Assembly (NCBI GenBank): GCA_051942205.1
Contig: JAVECO010000118.1
Location: 1 to 64,000 of the forward strand
Reading direction: 5' to 3'
From: Coniocarpon cinnabarinum
Taxonomy: Eukaryota
DNA length: 64,000 bases
The number at the start of each line of letters is the position of its first letter. The first letter of the stretch is position 1. Positions 12,530 through 23,487 of the stretch are shown piece by piece. The notes under the pieces were generated by a model that worked only from the letters and a program-made list of their open reading frames with translations, ran no database searches and had not been told where the DNA came from. Both the position numbers and the translations under genes were made by a program.

Positions 12530-13947
12530 ATGGCGGATTCGGAAGACTCGATTGGCGATGATGACGCAGACGGCGTCCGAATTGATTTCTGTACTCTTGG
12601 AATGTTCATCATAGGTAGGCCTATGAACGTGGAACAGCATCGATATAACCTCACAGAACAACAGATGAAATTCACTTTCAACCGCCCAAAGAGCCCGTTT
12701 TTGACATATTAGGTGGAGCTGGCCCATACGCCGCCCTTGGCGCGCGCTTGCTCTCGCCCGAACCGCTTAGCGGATCAATTGGCTGGATTGTCGACGCCGG
12801 CAGTGATTTCCCTACGGAGCTGAGACAAATCATCGCAAGCTGGCGGACCAGTTGCTTGATTAGAGAAACGCCTGAGAGACTGACCACGAGAGCCTGGAAT
12901 GGCTACGGAAGCAACGAGCGGAGATGTCAGTTACTCACCAGAGGTTTAAAAGTTGATGTCAATCAGTATTAACATTCTTTGTAGCTTTCAGATACACGAC
13001 ACCAAAGCTGAGACTAGATCACGAATCTCTATCAGGTAAGTGAAAGAACCGTCCGAGCATGCAAATGCTTTGGTGGTTTTTTGTCGATACCCAAGTGCCT
13101 GCTGCATGAGAATGGGATTTGAAGCTGACGTTGTACCTCTAGATAACCTGCTTCTTTCGAGATCGTTTCATATCATCTCATCGCCAGCGAGATGCAAGAA
13201 TGAGATCCAAGGCATTTTGGAACGCAGGGCAAAGGCAAGCTCGGTAAGTTTTGAATAAGTGAAGCTTTATTTGTCACGTGCATAGGTGGCAGTTACAGCA
13301 AAGCAGTACAGCTCTTGACATGGTGGTGAGAGCCACTCAACTATACCATGAAATACTAACGGCTGTGGATGCAGACACCACCAGTGTTTCTCTGGGAGCC
13401 GGCGCCAGACACTTGTGTTCCTGAAGAGCTTGCGAATTGTCTAGACACGCTGAAGCATGTGCAAGTGGTGAGCCCTAACCATGCTGAGCTGTGCAGTTTC
13501 TTTGGAAAAGAAGGAAACCTGAATTCGGGTGAAGTGGACAGAGCCGCGATTGAGCAATGTTCAGCAAATTGGGTACAGTCGGGCATTGGCCCGGACGGCA
13601 AAGGATTTCTGATTGTAAGAGCCGGCGCAACGGGCTGCTACCTGGCCAGTAAAGACACGTGTTCTTGGATGCCAGCGTACCATCAAAGCTCGAGTAAGGT
13701 TGTTGATCCTACTGGAGGCGGGAATACATTCCTTGGGGGAGTAGCCGCTTGCCTGGCACGTGTGAAGAGTCCTGCCGATACAAAGGCTCTTCACGAAGCT
13801 GCAGCTTGGGGTTCTGTCGCAGCAAGCTACGCGATCGAGCAGGTGGGTATGCCTGCACTCACAAGCTCCGGCGCACACGAGACATGGAATGGCTCTAGAC
13901 CGTTGGAGAGACTTGCAGAATTCAAGCGTCGCTTGAGCACTGGATAG
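12530..13947 (+). CDS. Mak32-like pfkB/ribokinase-family protein, 5 exons
   Basis: DFCTLGMFII|DEI, ILGGAGPYAALGARL, IGWIVDAGSDF, FLWEPAPD, VVSPNHAEL and VVDPTGGGNTFLGG. Canonical introns link the frames. Confidence 0.9.
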
Positions 13948-14019
13948 AGCTCAGCGGATTCTCTACACTCTAGAAGCCGATGATTCCTAAACACCGGTAT
14001 ATGCTCGCGTGATTTTCAG

Positions 14020-14414
14020 CTATGAATTCTGTTGCTGTTCTTTCATCTTTTTATCGTGCTCAATGACTTCTCGACTCCAACTGTAACGTAGGACCGATTA
14101 GCCCCCACAAAACTACACGTGTTGCATGTTACGTACTATCTGCTGGGATAGAAACGGCCAGGCTCTGGGAATCGGTCTCTGTGTTCATGTTCGGCACTGT
14201 AGTTGAATGCGAGAGCAGTGAAAGCAACGATGACGGCGCCGACGACGGCTGTGTTCTGCCTCCAATTGGCCGGCTGGGCGTACCAGCCTCCTGCGGGTGA
14301 CCAAACGTGTTTCGGGTATCTGTGGCATCTGTGAGCTTGGACAGTGAAATAGCAGAGCAAGTACTCGTACGGCACTTTGCCACCTCCACTCCGCAATAAG
14401 CTTGTGACTCTCAT
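14020..14414 (-). CDS. Small mitochondrial complex I accessory subunit, NUUM-like, 3 exons
   Basis: Spliced product MRVTSLLRSGGGKVP|YPKHVWSPAGGWYAQPANWRQNT-(TM helix)...YPSRY|WSREVIEHDKKMKEQQQNS. Introns 14370-14320 and about 14136-14081. Confidence 0.8.
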
Positions 14415-14690
14415 ATTGCACTGGACCGCGACAGCGTTGTCGAGCGAGTCTTGACCGGAAGCGAGGTTGGAGCTTCGACGGTTCAATGAATGCCAAGGGT
14501 TCATTAGTCGTGCTTAGGTAAGCTTGAATTCGGAGATCTGCGCCAAGAGAGTATTTCTCTTCCATCATCGACGTATAGATCATCCAAAGACAGGCAGCAT
14601 AAACCACCTCACCTTAGCCTTGATTCCGACTAGGCGCGCATACTTTAAAGGGAACAAAACTTCCGCATGTCAAACTCCTTCAAGTAATAC

Positions 14691-16043
14691 ATGAAACCTT
14701 TTCGCCTTGGAAGATGGGGCTCTCCAGTTCTTCCCCTGGGCACGAAACCGCAATGTCTTCAATGTCGAGCATGGACATATTATAGCAGCCGCTGGCAGTC
14801 GGCCGAAGCTGCCGCATCACAGCAAGACTCATCATATCCTAAAAGAAGACGTGGTCGACCTCGAAAATCTGAGCATCTTCAGTCAAATCTCGCGACAGCT
14901 ACTGCGCCTTCAACAGTCGAAGAGCCATTAGCACCTCATGAAGCTCCAACTCCAGCCACTGAAGAACGCATGCAAGACACTTTGAACCAAATGCAAGAAG
15001 CTGCTGAGAAGCTCAAGTCTCCTCCGACACCGTCACCAAACCGCGCGAATTCCTCGGCCAAGCTCTCTGCCCTCCACGCCCGTCTCGCCCTACCCTCTCG
15101 ACTCCCACTACCAACTTTGATGCGCGCTCTCATACACCATACCGCCGATGCATCATCTCACTTTAATAACGCTTCCCTTGCAATCCTCGGGAACCATCTC
15201 CTTGGTTATTACATGGCTGAACATCTTCTCGTACATTATCCGCGACTGCCAATGGCTGTACTCTTTGCTGCGCAGCAAGCGTACGTGGGACCGGCCTCGT
15301 TGGCTTCCGTTGCGCAGGGTTGGGGCATCGAAGTCGCCGCCGAACCGGGCAGTGAGGTCGACCCTGGACTTCTGCAATTCAAGCGCGCACTTCCAGGAAC
15401 GCATCCAGAGCAAGTGGTTGTTGGCGACAGCTCGAGACCTCACAGGAATCGCAGGGGAGATGTAGTCGACTGGCGAAGGGGAATGTCGTCAAGAGTCGTG
15501 TACGATGATGAGTTTGGCGAGTTACAAAGACCAGCAGGCCAGGCTCCAGAGGTAACAACACTGGATCGTGCTGCAACACAATTTGTGCGGGCCCTTGCGG
15601 GCGCTGTGTATCTCCACGCGGGAAGCCAGGCGACGCATAAGTTTTTCAAGAACCACATACTAAGTCGGCAACTGGAGTTGGCCGGCCTCTTCACCTTCAC
15701 TTCGCCATTGAGAGACCTTTCGCGATTATGCGCAAGGGAAGGGTTCGACAGTCCCGTTGCACGTTTGGAGAGCGAGACAGGTCGTCTCAGCAGACATCCG
15801 GTCTTTGTTGTCGGCGTGTACAGTGGACGCGATCGCCTGGGTGTGGACGCTGGCTCCAGCCTTGACGAAGCACGCTTCAAAGCAGCAGTCGCGGCCTTGA
15901 AGGGATGGTACTTGTACAGCCCGGTGGTTGGTGGAGCGCAAGAGAAAGGTCAGGCCATCCTTCCCAGTGAGATGGAGGGCAACCTGGGGCCCACGAAGGA
16001 GTTTAGACCCTCACACGTTGATTATGGCGAGGTCGTGGCGTAA
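14691..16043 (+). CDS. MRPL3: Mitochondrial large-subunit ribosomal protein mL44 (RNase III-like plus dsRBD)
   Basis: SAKLSALHARLALP, YPRLPMAVLFAA and RDLSRLCAREGFDSPVARLESETGRLSRHPVFVVGVYSG. Confidence 0.93.
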   Translation: MKPFRLGRWGSPVLPLGTKPQCLQCRAWTYYSSRWQSAEAAASQQDSSYPKRRRGRPRKSEHLQSNLATATAPSTVEEPLAPHEAPTPATEERMQDTLNQMQEAAEKLKSPPTPSPNRANSSAKLSALHARLALPSRLPLPTLMRALIHHTADASSHFNNASLAILGNHLLGYYMAEHLLVHYPRLPMAVLFAAQQAYVGPASLASVAQGWGIEVAAEPGSEVDPGLLQFKRALPGTHPEQVVVGDSSRPHRNRRGDVVDWRRGMSSRVVYDDEFGELQRPAGQAPEVTTLDRAATQFVRALAGAVYLHAGSQATHKFFKNHILSRQLELAGLFTFTSPLRDLSRLCAREGFDSPVARLESETGRLSRHPVFVVGVYSGRDRLGVDAGSSLDEARFKAAVAALKGWYLYSPVVGGAQEKGQAILPSEMEGNLGPTKEFRPSHVDYGEVVA

Positions 16044-16950
16044 AAGTGCGTGGACGACGTATGCGCCGGTTTTGGAAGCGATGCGCTACGGCAAGAAAGT
16101 CAAAGAGAAGTATCATACTGCATTTGAGCGATATCCAAGATACGGCTGTATCTAATTTGTACTACCACATTGTATAGATATGACTTTGACCAAGTCATGC
16201 CGCTCCCGAGTATGAGTGTGTACATCCTGATTGTTGCTGTCCACCACACGCCACACGAAAGGCATTGCCTGAACGACAGCAGCCGGTATTGCGGGTTCAA
16301 TTGTGCTGTGAATGTTGCTGATCACCCCGTCAAGATCAATCGCGGCCACGTCTTCGTCAAGCTTGGACGTCTCCTTGAGACAGTCCGCCGCCACTGAGGT
16401 CTCGAATTCTAAAACATAGTCGGAAGTAAGCTTTGACCCCATATAAGAAGTCTCGCGGACAAACACGTGTGGTTTCTCCATCAATATCCACACTCGGCCC
16501 TAGCTCCACGCTCACGGTGCTGTAGGTCGTGGTTCTAAGCGACAAGACCGCAGATTATTACCGCATCCAGCAAGCGTGCTCTGTATCGCTCTCACTCCTG
16601 CACGGCACGGCCGCAAGCCTCTAGAGGAGAAGGGTTTCATTGGTTATTCTGCGTAAGACGTGCAGTCTTTGCACGATGCGGCTGTGCTGCTCCGCCCAGT
16701 CTCACGCGTCGCCCCTGTGCCGTTTGCCTGACCATCCAACTTCCAATGACCTCCGTATCGCCGCTGTCCCTCGTCCGCTACTTATCTAATCCCGCCCAAC
16801 GTCACCTCTGACCCTCCTTGTGTGCCTGACCGTGGAGTCTCCGCAGGTGTCTTGGTGAACGCTCCTATCCTCCGATTCAACTCCGCAGCAGTGGTTTGTG
16901 TGTTTTGTTTTGTATTGTTGCAATTGCACAACGGGTAAAAATTCGTTTGG

Positions 16951-17877
16951 ATGCAGGGTGATAGCAGCAATCGGCGCCACTCCTCTGTGTACGTCCGCCG
17001 TGACAGCATGGCCAGCGCCGGCGATGATCGGGACCTCAAGTCCCCAGGTATGTCCACCACTTTCTTTGTCTTGTGTTTCAACGAGGCGACGCATTCCTTG
17101 GATAGCCTTCTCACCTACCATGCTCGCCTGCTCAGCCTTTCTTGAGCACGCCTGTCCCGAAGAGTGCGGTCAACTGACCTTTTCTCGATAGTCATCCCCG
17201 CCGAAGCCCCTCCCTCATACGAACGCTCTGCTTCTCCCTCTGCAACGGCACCTTCAACTGTCGAAAGCGAAATCACTCCCGCCTCGGGGGCCCCTCAACC
17301 CGACATTGGATACCCTAGTGGTGCTCAGAGCTCGTACAACGCCGGCGCGTATGGGTCTGCCGTCTCACCAATCTCCATGTCACCGCAGAACAGCGGATAC
17401 TACCAAGCTCCCCCTCCCGCACAACAGCAACTGCCACCACAGATGACACATCAATACTCACATCCAGGCGCACCGCCCTTGACACATTCAAATTCGGGCG
17501 GCTACGGTGGTTATGGTCAAGAAGCCGGACAGGTACCTACGCAGCAAGAGATCAAGACCGAGCTCCCAGCACCAGTACCGCCACAGCAAGCACAGCAGCA
17601 AAGTTTCAAAAATGTGACACCGATGTATGCGCTTTCGAGCGCTGCAGCTCCGGTCGAGTGCCCGACGTGCGGGGCGAAGGTGTTGACAAAGGTGCAAAAT
17701 AAGGTTGGGAATACTACGCACGCGTGGGCTGCGGGCGTGTGCTTGCTCACGTGCTTGGGATGCATACCCTATGCGGTCAATGGAACGAAGGATGTGCAGC
17801 ATCGGTGTGGGAATTGCAATGGATTGCTGGCGACGTGGCACCGCACAGGGAGGACGGAGGTGCATATGCATTCATGA
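16951..17877 (+). CDS. LITAF-like zinc-ribbon protein; intron 17048-17191
   Basis: Pro/Gln-rich N-terminus with PPSY, then CPTC, a hydrophobic segment and HRCGNC. The intron GTATGT...CTGAC...TAG is in phase. Confidence 0.9.
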
Positions 17878-18089
17878 AGTCTATCAACTTGACGGCTGAC
17901 TTGTTGAATGGATGAGGGTGAAATGAAGGAGAGTCGCCCTGTACATCACTGCAGCTTCGCTAAACGTTTGAAGTTGCCTAGCTCCATCAGACCGTACTTG
18001 GTCCACCTTAGAATAGTAATGAATTATTGATCTCAATGAGGAACACTGGGTGAATGGATAGCAACTGTGACGAGCATAAAGTATGGAGG

Positions 18090-18575
18090 ACCTCCCCTAC
18101 GGACTCATGCCCCCAATCTTGGGCTTTAAACCCCTAAATCCCAGGGACCCAATCGCCCCACTTAACGCCTGCTCCACCGCCCTCCCCAGCGCCTCCCCAC
18201 TCACCAAGCACCATCCCACCATCCCAAAATCGAGAAACTTCCAAACTCATCGCACAAAAAAACCAATTAGATAACTCAAATCACTGAATCAAGGCGATCG
18301 AAATGCACCAGGTTTTAAGCCAATCCGAGCACTTTTCAAAAACGCCCCTATCTCCAACTTTTGGCGCTTGGCGCTGTCGCTAATATATTGGGCGAGGGTG
18401 ATTTTTGAATCCTGGTCGGATTTCGCTGATTTTGGTGGCGTTCTGATCTATGGAGAATTCTGAGTAAGCTACGGGTGAAACAAGTGTGTGGCGAAGTATT
18501 TTGGGGATGGGGGATGGTGGTGATGTTTTGGGGTGCATTGGACTTTAGGAGGGGCATTTTTACCCCTTGTGGTAG
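18090..18575. repeat. Degenerate ~480-bp intergenic fold-back (imperfect palindrome)
   Basis: Left CACCATCCCACCATCCCAAAAT and CGAAATGCACCAGG match the right-arm reverse complements CACCATCCCCCATCCCCAAAAT and CGAAATCCGACCAGG at similar spacing (about 70 nt). The left arm is C-rich and the right arm G-rich. Confidence 0.6.
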
Positions 18576-18774
18576 GCTGTGATGGATTCTCTGCTGCCTT
18601 TTGTCTTCATTCCTTGAAACGTGTCCCTTTTGCACACGGAAAAAACATCTCATATCAAATGGTACATCAGAATCAAGATTGCGATTCAAGAATGCTCCAG
18701 CTGAAATGACTATCAAGTGTTGCAAAATCTCGTCAGGCGCATCGGGGGGAATCTAAGAACATGCTCGAGTGTGC

Positions 18775-19285
18775 TCAATTTTTCGATCCCTTCTCGCCTG
18801 CGCCATCGTTCTTTTCGTCGTCTCCTTTCCCAACGCTTCTATCCCAGAAATGCTGTTTCTTGTGGGCATGCTCGCGGATATGATTGGACTCAATGCAATT
18901 CAAGAGCACGTGGCCATATGTCCCATCAGGATGCTTCTCCCGCCATTTGATGCCGCTCATGGCCCCGATTTTGTTCCCATCATACCAAAAGTTGAGGCCG
19001 AGCTTATCCTCTGTGACCATTCTGTGGACCCGATGTCAGCGGAGGCAGCGAAATGAGTAGTGCTGTATTGGTTCATCGAACGTACGTGATCCTCATGTAC
19101 TCGATTTTCTTGAAGATTGCTTGTTTCCCCTCTTCGGCGTGTAGTGCGATACACTCATCAAGCTTGGACTTGTCCTCTTGGTTTTGGCAGACTTTTTCAT
19201 AGTCCTTATGTATATCGGACCTTGCTTTGATAGCTATGTCGGAAGGGGCGCCTGTGACGATAAGTTCCACATCTTCTGTGGGCAT
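18775..19285 (-). CDS. Hypothetical protein, about 148 aa; intron 19085-19022
   Basis: The intron GTACGT...GCTGAC...CAG joins two ORF-track frames in phase. No domain recognised. Confidence 0.65.
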
Positions 19286-20533
19286 GGTTTGTCGAGCGTG
19301 AAACGAGGATGCTGGGAGAATGCACCAGTCACTGTGAGACTGGGTGAGTAGTTGTGGTTCAATTCTTGCATCAAGACAAAGAGAGACTTGCAGTGTCCCA
19401 TGTCACTTTGTGACGGATGTTTCGCTACTCAACAGGTGTCAACTCACTCGCGCCGAGGAAATACTATTAACGCAACTGACGCATTTGGGCAATGGATGAC
19501 TGCGTCCGTGTGTCTCCGAAGAGGTGACTTTCGCAATCGGAGAACGGCCCCCACGATGAAGAGCATTTGCCGCAGTCCTCCGAAAGGATTGGGGTAACCT
19601 TGCATCTGCAAGCTGGCATGAATCCTCCGAAACATTTAGCTATAGGCAATCCGCCACAAGTCAACTAAGGTTGCAGTATTGGGAATCAGTCAAATGCCAT
19701 CGACAATCGCAAAGTCATAACATTGTCTAGCCCCCGGACAGTTCGTGTCGACCGATAACATAAGGCCATCAAGTCCTCACAAATGATTACTTCGACCAAG
19801 CCATGAGCAAGTCGACAACGGATTCCCGACTGCCGCATTTTGCTCCTATTTCGGCACTATAGCTCTTGAAACACCAGACGGCTCGTCTAATCGGCGCCTG
19901 GTCATCGACGAAACAGGTAGGAATCTCGTTGCCGTGAACCAGGTCCGCTCGCATATTCTACGATCTTCGTCGACCTTGAGGACACGTGTTACCATAGACG
20001 GGCGACGTTGGCTTGTCAGCCGCGTGGACTTAGGATGCGGGATAGAGAGCTCGGTCTATGGAACAGGAGGCCAACGTCCATCGTTAAGCGCTTGCTCTTA
20101 TCACGTGTCGACATACTGGAAAGGCGCTTACACTTGATATCCTCCTCCAATCCGGGAAACCACGCGCTGAGTACGGAAACGAAGGCCTTGCGGAGGAACT
20201 AAGCTTACCCACCTAGCGTCGTGCAAATAGAGACTTGGTTGTAAATTGGACAGAGCTACTGACAAAAACGATGCTTGTCTCAGGCCTTGAACTTTGAACT
20301 AGAGGTAAAACGATGACTCCTACATGATGTATAGCATGGAGAAGCTTAGTGGTTCCTTTTCGTCGTCGCGTTTTTTGTGCGACGACATCTTTCTGACGTA
20401 ACTTTGAGCACGTTTAGGATCCTCAACTACGCATGAACGGATTGCATAAATGGCACGGCACAACTCAAGATGCCCGTGCAAAGACTCTCCTACGCCTATG
20501 ATCTATTATTTCATACGCAGAAAAGTGTGTATC

Positions 20534-21039
20534 TCATTTCTCCTTCTTCTCATCATCACTACTCGGCTCGCTGCTGGTCTCACACGTCTCCGAGAACGGG
20601 TTCAGTACATGGAAGAAGTGTTGCATCTTACCCTCATGGACTTCTTCCTTTGTATCACGACGTCGCCAGTCTATGTCTTCCTGGGAGAGGTCGTCGCCCT
20701 TCTTCCAGTTCGTGATTTTGAGAAACGCAGCCCAAGAATGCGCAACAGTTTCAACCTGCAACATTGTTTCGCGGTCGTCGAGATAACTGCGTCTGGCGTG
20801 TGAGTCCCCGTTGCAAGAGACCCGGGGGGTGGGTGAACTTACGTCACTTTGACACTGCGAGGTTTTTGGTACACGTTGTTTATTTGTCCAACGATGACCT
20901 TGAGGCAACGGTGAAACAGGAGTTGGCTACTGGCTTCCAGCTTGTCGTGGAAGTGCTTGGAAGCTTTCGAGAACCTGACTTCTATACCGTCGATCCTTTC
21001 ATTTTTCCCCCAATACGAGCCCAAGCCTAACTTGCTCAT
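20534..21039 (-). CDS. Hypothetical protein, about 151 aa; intron 20842-20793
   Basis: The intron GTAAGT...CTCAC...CAG joins two frames in phase. No domain recognised. Confidence 0.55.
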
Positions 21040-21777
21040 GTTGGCCTAATGGAACGTCGAGCCCGCGAAATATGCAGACAAAAATTGCAGAGCTATGGTG
21101 CAAAGCAACTGCTGCGAGGTCTTTGCAAGTGATGTTGCAGAGATTTGGCCTCTCTTTGTCAGCTTGCGCCAACATTCTGCGCGCATCGCGTCGTCCCTTA
21201 AACAGCAGGGAGTTCGGAGGGCCACCTCATGCTGTTAGGATTAAACAGTTCAACAACGTGGCCCTCTGGAAGACGGAAGCAGACGGGCCGTCGATCTTTC
21301 CTCTTGCGCCAGAGTACTCATCGTGAGGACTGTTGGATGAGCATGGACCGCGTGACAAATGTCAGCAGCACGTCCATGCTGCCGACGTGAGAGGCTGTGG
21401 CCAGCCAATGGGAATCAATGCGCTGATTCAAAGTCGTATTTGCTGTGATTGCGGCTCAACTTGAAACATGTCTCACCCCCAAACTACCCCTAATCCGTTG
21501 TCCATAACACTTGTCTGTATCAATGCTGACAGACCCTTCCTTTAGAGAGACAGCCGTTGAAGTACAGCGTCTTCCCAATGACCATCGCAGTAGTTGATGT
21601 TGGCGTAGTCGTGCCGACCCATCGAAAGCCGCTCGCGAGAGGCGCTCGTCCTATTCGCAACATTGACTACATTGGTGCTAGTGTTTTGAAAATGTTTCAG
21701 TGCCTCTGCGACAATGGTCTCCTGATGTTTATGCAATGTCTGCTGCCCTCCACGCTTGCTGACTGTGCTGACGTGGC

Positions 21778-22315
21778 TTAAAATCCCTTCACAGCAATCT
21801 CACCCTGTTCAAGCTGCTGTGCCTCTTTTCGCAGAACATCCGCCCGAAATCTTCGAAAAGCCATCTCTATCCGCTTTCTTGAGTCCGGGTCTTTCGAGAG
21901 AGTTCGTGATGCAGAGAGGGAGCCGGCAAGGCCTCCAAGCTCTCCACCTAGAAAGATACCGCCAGCTGAGAAAAAGGTGTACGCAGCAATGTCTCCGAGC
22001 GTCGTCGGCTTCAGCATGTTCGTGAGGTCCGGGATGGGTTCTAGATAGCAAGTCAGTTGATGTTGTACATTTCGGAAGAACCGCAGACATACCTTTCTTG
22101 CCCCCTGGAAACTCTACGAAAGTGGGCTTTTCTTGGGCTCGGAATGCTCTGAACATCGACGTGCGTGCGGAGCGTACTCTGAAGGCGAGAGCAGCCCCGA
22201 GCCCGAGCCCGATGACCGATCCGACAGTGGCATAGATGCCTAAGCTACCCGCGGCTTTTTCTAGAACTGCGCGGTCTTGATCACTGAGACTGTGTGCCAG
22301 TGAGTCCATGTACAT
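21778..22315 (-). CDS. Hypothetical 2-TM membrane protein, 2 exons
   Basis: Gly-rich TM helices (GSVIGLGLGAALAFR, GGIFLGGELGGLAG). Intron GTATGT...CTGAC...TAG at about 22092-22041. The start codon is uncertain. Confidence 0.8.
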
Positions 22316-22783
22316 TCACGTTCGTGGCATCAAGTCTGCATACTCGTGTTGAATGTGCTGTTCGGCAATCTGGGCAAAGTCTTCGCCTGCAGTTTTACGC
22401 AGAGCGGCAAGCGAATCGACGGACATGCTGAGCTACGTGGTGTAATACGTTGGCGATGTCGCGGAATCGGATAGCTTGGAATTAGGTGTAAGAGGATAAT
22501 TACAGCGACCACAAGACTGTCAGGGTAATCTGGATGTCAAGTGTGCAGTGTTGTACTCGACAAGCTATGAAAATCTACAAAATGGGAGGAGGACACGGAT
22601 CTCTTGGCGTTGATGACGTCTGGCAGCTGGCAGAGCCCGCCTTGCGGTTGAACTGTAAGTGTCCATATTGGCGCAGGAAAGGGAGGTGTGGCTAGATCGA
22701 TGTGAAAATAGAATTCATGCGAAAACATCTAAACAATCGTTCAATTCATCTCAATGATCAATCTGATGAGGCTTCCCAGCTTG

Positions 22784-23171
22784 TCATTGTGTCGAGACTG
22801 GTTGATCATGTTCGATCGTCCTGACATTGTCTGTCGCCAGTGTAGAGACCTTGTCGTCTGGGACATCAATACTTTATAAGAGTTTTAGTAAGAACATGCT
22901 AATGGAAGCTGAAGGACCGGACGCACTGGATGATGCCCGTGAGCTTCGACTCATGGTCGACTTTCCCGCCTTGCTCCTCGCAGATCTTCTTCACGGCGCT
23001 GCGCTGAGGTCAGGCAGGACCCCAGATAGCCTCATCAACTTTACCTACGTGTCGAAATCTTCCTGAGAGGCACCCTCCTGCTTTGCGACCTTGTGGACAC
23101 AGTCAGACTTGCCACTGGATCATTCCCACTGCAATAGCAGCTGCTTTCTTGCTTACCATTACGATTGGCAT
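22784..23171 (-). CDS. Subtilisin-propeptide-like protease inhibitor (MEROPS I9, Pbi2/POIA-like), 71 aa, 4 exons
   Basis: Exons 23171-23157, 23089-23049, 22998-22927 and 22871-22784 total 216 nt and give MPIVMVAKQEGASQEDFDTAVKKICEEQGGKVDHESKLTGIIHIDVPDDKVSTLATDNVRTIEHDQPVSTQ, with the GG-K-V-x-H and IE-x-DQ-x-V pattern. Confidence 0.85.
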
Positions 23172-23487
23172 TTTCAGAGATGGGCAAGCTTTGCTCGAAT
23201 CGATGAGAAGGATGATCAGGAATTGTGTGCTGCGCAATAGAAGAAGACTTGTTCGAGTTGTGATTCGATGGTATTCAAGTCAAATTCCTGCTGGTCACAT
23301 ACTTTCTTGACTTGCTTTCTGGAGTTCTACCCAGGTGCCCTCCCCAAGACGTCATGCTTTGGCATGTGATTCCCGCCCTTAGCCCCGGATCGTCCCGCTG
23401 AACGCCAAGATTTCGCAAGATTTCGCAATGGCTTCTCTCAGTGCCTGACGCTTGGGTTGCTTTACTGACATTCTTAAGCAGCGCACA

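Noticed and set aside
16152..16545. Minus-strand ORF fragments after MRPL3
   Set aside because: No convincing start, splice path or domain; at most a remnant.
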